Source of the DNA: an uncultured Aliarcobacter sp.
GTDB lineage: Bacteria; Campylobacterota; Campylobacteria; Campylobacterales; Arcobacteraceae
DNA length: 64,000 nucleotides
Assembly: GCA_963677435.1 (NCBI GenBank)
Contig: OY781945.1
Location: 2,208,001 to 2,272,000, forward strand
Direction of reading: 5' to 3'
Shown: positions 61,205 to 64,000 of the stretch, one piece after another
Numbering within the stretch: position 1 is the stretch's first letter
Layout: the number at the start of each line of letters is the position of its first letter
Notes under the pieces: generated by a model
The model's database searches: none
What the model was told of the DNA's origin: nothing
What the model saw: only the letters and a program-made list of their open reading frames with translations
Position numbers and translations under genes: made by a program

Positions 61205-61957
61205 TTGAAAAATTTACTTTTTGTAATATTACTCGCTATTTTTAGTTTTGCAAATGAAAATTACACTTCTAATAACAATGATTTTACTAATGAATTTGAT
61301 TCTGAGTTTTCAACAAAAAAAGAAGAAGTTTTTGATCCATTGAGTGGATACAATAGACTAATGACCACTTTTAACGATAAAACATTTATTTATCTTGTTA
61401 ATCCTATTGCAGAAGGTTATGCTTATGTAACTCCTGAACCAATTAGAATAGGAATAAACAATTTCTTTGATAATATTATGTTTCCAGTAAGATTTTCAAA
61501 TAATTTATTACAACTAAAATTTAAAAATTCACTAGAAGAACTAGAAAGATTTTTAATTAATACCCTTTGGGGACTTGGTGGAGTTTTAGATTTAGCAACA
61601 ACTGAACTTCATATACAAGCACATAATGAAGATTTTGGACAAACTTTAGGTTTTTATGGAGTAGGAGAAGGAATTCCTATTGTATTACCATTTTTTGGGC
61701 CATCAAACTTAAGAGATATGGTCGGAATTGCTACTGATTCTGTGGTTAGTCCATTAACAATAACTGCAAATGGCGATATAAATTATAAAATACCAAATAA
61801 TTTTGAACAACAAGTTGCAATTCAATCATTTAATGCAATTAATTCAACATCTTTAAAACTTGGACAATACGAATCTTTGAAAAAAGATGCTTTAGATTTA
61901 TATCCATTTTTAAGAGATATTTATGCACAAAAAAGAAAAAAAGAGATAGAGGAATAA
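61205..61957 (+). CDS. mlaA: VacJ/MlaA family protein
   Basis: DPLSGYNR, EDFGQTLG, LPFFGPSNLRD and Y.FLRD.Y motifs; TTG start at 61205 after AAGGA. Confidence 0.9.
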   Translation: MKNLLFVILLAIFSFANENYTSNNNDFTNEFDSEFSTKKEEVFDPLSGYNRLMTTFNDKTFIYLVNPIAEGYAYVTPEPIRIGINNFFDNIMFPVRFSNNLLQLKFKNSLEELERFLINTLWGLGGVLDLATTELHIQAHNEDFGQTLGFYGVGEGIPIVLPFFGPSNLRDMVGIATDSVVSPLTITANGDINYKIPNNFEQQVAIQSFNAINSTSLKLGQYESLKKDALDLYPFLRDIYAQKRKKEIEE

Positions 61958-61960
61958 TAG

Positions 61961-62557
61961 GTGAAATTAAAAAGTTTGTTAAAAGTTTTATTACTAGTTG
62001 TATTTACAATAACATCTGCAAATGCATTAAATCAGGATGAAATACAAACTGTAATGACAAAAAAAATCGATAGTGTTTTAACAATTTTAGAACAAAAGAA
62101 TTTATCAACAGATGAAAAAGGTAAACAAATCATCAATATAATTGATGAAGTTTTTGATTATGAAATAATGGCAAGAATCGCTCTTGGAAAGACTTGGAAT
62201 ACTTTATCTCAAGATAAACAAAAAGAGTTTTCTAAAGTATTTGAAACTAAACTAAAAGATTCATATATAGATAAACTAAAATTATATAATGATCAAAAAG
62301 TAAAAATTGTAGGTCTTAATCCATATAGGGATACAAGATTACAACTTGAAACTGAACTTTTAGGTAAAGATGGTATTTATAAAATTAATTATAATTTTTA
62401 CAATAAGTCAAAAGATAGTCAAAACTGGTTAATTTATGATGTAGATTTGGTTGGGGTTAGTATTATTCAAACATACAGACAACAATTTGAAGGTTTATTA
62501 AAAGAAAAAACTTTTGATGAAATGTTAGTTTTACTAGAAAATCCAAATACAAAATAA
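61961..62557 (+). CDS. mlaC: MlaC/Ttg2D family periplasmic lipid-binding protein
   Basis: FDYEIMARIALG and WLIYDVDLVGVSIIQTYRQQF motifs; GTG start. Confidence 0.9.
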   Translation: MKLKSLLKVLLLVVFTITSANALNQDEIQTVMTKKIDSVLTILEQKNLSTDEKGKQIINIIDEVFDYEIMARIALGKTWNTLSQDKQKEFSKVFETKLKDSYIDKLKLYNDQKVKIVGLNPYRDTRLQLETELLGKDGIYKINYNFYNKSKDSQNWLIYDVDLVGVSIIQTYRQQFEGLLKEKTFDEMLVLLENPNTK

Positions 62558-64000
62558 TGATTAAAAAAATATATGATACTTTTATATTTAAGTATCCAAT
62601 TATTGTTTTATTTATTTTAACAATATTTGTTTCTACTTTAGGTTATTATGCAACTAAAGTAGAAATAGATGCCTCAGCTGAAACGCTTCTTTTAGATGAC
62701 GATAAAGATTTAATGTTCTTCAGAGAAGTTAATAAAACTTATAATAATTCAGACTTTTTATTTGTGACTTTTTCTCCAAAAACTGATTTACTCTCAAAAG
62801 AAAGCTTAGAAGATATAAAAAATATCTCTGATGATTTTCTAAAACTTGAAAATGTTAAAAGTATCACTTCAATTTTAAATGTTCCTTTACTTTTATCTCC
62901 TATTAGACCTATTTCTGATTTAGTTTCAGGAGTTGATTCGTTAGAAACAAAAGATTTTGATAAGAAACTTGTAAAAAATGAATTTCTCACTTCTCCTTTG
63001 TATAAAAACAATCTTGTAAGTAAGGATTTTAAAACTACTGCTTTAGTATTAAATTTACAAACTGATACAAAATATTTTGAACTTTTAGAAAAAAGAAACT
63101 CTTTACTTGCTAAACAAAGAGATAACACTATTACAAAAGAAGAGACTCAACAATTAGACAATGTTATTATTGAATTTAAAAACTATAGAGATTTTATAAG
63201 AAACAAAGAGAGTGTTGAAATCCAAAATATTCGAGATATTATAAAAAAATATGAACCTAGAAATAAGATATTTTTAGGCGGCGTAAATATGATAGCTAGT
63301 GATATTGTAGGTTTTGTTAAAAGTGATCTAGTAATTTATGGCTCTAGTTTAGTTTTGATTTTAATATTTGTTTTATGGTACATATTTAGACACATAAGAT
63401 GGATAGTTCTTCCTTTATTAGTTTGTTTTATCTCTGTAATATCTACAGCTGGGATTTTAGGATTATTTGGTTGGGAAGTTACAGTAATCTCTTCAAATTT
63501 TATCGCACTACAACTAATAATAACAATATCTATAGTTTTACATTTAATTGTAAGATATAGAGAGTTGAATTTAAAATACAAACATGCAAGCCAATATAAA
63601 TTAGTTATTAATACTATTTTATCAAAACTTGAACCATCTTTTTTCGCAATTATTACAACCATAATAGGATTTGGCTCTTTAATCTTATCACATATTGAAC
63701 CTGTAATTAATTTAGGTTTAATGATGAGTACTGGAATTGCTATTTCACTATTTTTATCATTTATTACCTTTCCTGTAATTTTAATATTAATGGAAAAAAA
63801 AGATGAACATGAAAAAGAAACTACAAGATTCTCTTTTATTCAAAAATGTTCAGAAGTAGTAGAACACCATGGAAAATTAATTATAATTGTTAGTCTTATT
63901 ACAATTATTTTTTCAGTAACAGGAGCTTCTAAATTAATTGTTGAGAATAGTTTTATTAATTACTTCAAAAAATCTACTGATATTTATAAGGGAATGAAAG
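62557..64000 (+). CDS. MMPL/RND family transporter; 3' end runs off the window
   Basis: Not in the ORF track. ATG overlaps the mlaC stop; reads MIKKIYDTFIFKYPIIVLF...IDASAETLLL...LGGVNMIASD, then multiple TM helices (TTIIGFGSL). Confidence 0.88.
   Translation, partial: MIKKIYDTFIFKYPIIVLFILTIFVSTLGYYATKVEIDASAETLLLDDDKDLMFFREVNKTYNNSDFLFVTFSPKTDLLSKESLEDIKNISDDFLKLENVKSITSILNVPLLLSPIRPISDLVSGVDSLETKDFDKKLVKNEFLTSPLYKNNLVSKDFKTTALVLNLQTDTKYFELLEKRNSLLAKQRDNTITKEETQQLDNVIIEFKNYRDFIRNKESVEIQNIRDIIKKYEPRNKIFLGGVNMIASDIVGFVKSDLVIYGSSLVLILIFVLWYIFRHIRWIVLPLLVCFISVISTAGILGLFGWEVTVISSNFIALQLIITISIVLHLIVRYRELNLKYKHASQYKLVINTILSKLEPSFFAIITTIIGFGSLILSHIEPVINLGLMMSTGIAISLFLSFITFPVILILMEKKDEHEKETTRFSFIQKCSEVVEHHGKLIIIVSLITIIFSVTGASKLIVENSFINYFKKSTDIYKGMK

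Noticed and set aside
1..64000. rRNA, tRNA, IS elements, prophage or anti-phage defence genes
   Set aside because: No recognisable signatures on either strand by eye; a covariance-model or HMM scan would be needed to exclude small ncRNAs.

Overview
Very AT-rich bacterial chromosomal DNA. Gene content points to Campylobacterota, most likely Arcobacteraceae (inference): hydABCDE-type hydrogenase, an HQWRQPL-type histidine kinase, and an mlaA-mlaC-MMPL cluster. I saw no rRNA, tRNA, CRISPR array, transposase or phage genes. Main blocks: (1) 1-12.5 kb, mixed genes including thiI, trxC and a Sel1-repeat lipoprotein gene split by a 1-nt frameshift; (2) 12.5-26.7 kb, a minus-strand hydrogenase locus: TetR, cytoplasmic group-2-type small and large subunits, hydABC, hydD, hydE, DUF389, VIT1 and hypF; (3) diguanylate cyclase, disulfide reductase, EthD and a metal ABC transporter with Zur-like boxes; (4) an orphan CheB-CheR-PAS-histidine kinase, then pentapeptide-blaOXA-marC-crp and GNAT-DUF711; (5) transporters, acnB and def; (6) a beta-oxidation operon ending in an acyltransferase-lipase fusion; (7) yebC and mlaA-mlaC-MMPL. 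The best candidates for poorly described systems are the TetR plus group-2 hydrogenase module (TetR apparently starting at ATT, two matching operator-like palindromes upstream of hydA), the Crp/Fnr-family GNAT-DUF711 unit with a well-placed class II site, and the fad operon with its acyltransferase-lipase fusion. All family assignments come from motif recognition by eye, not from database searches.
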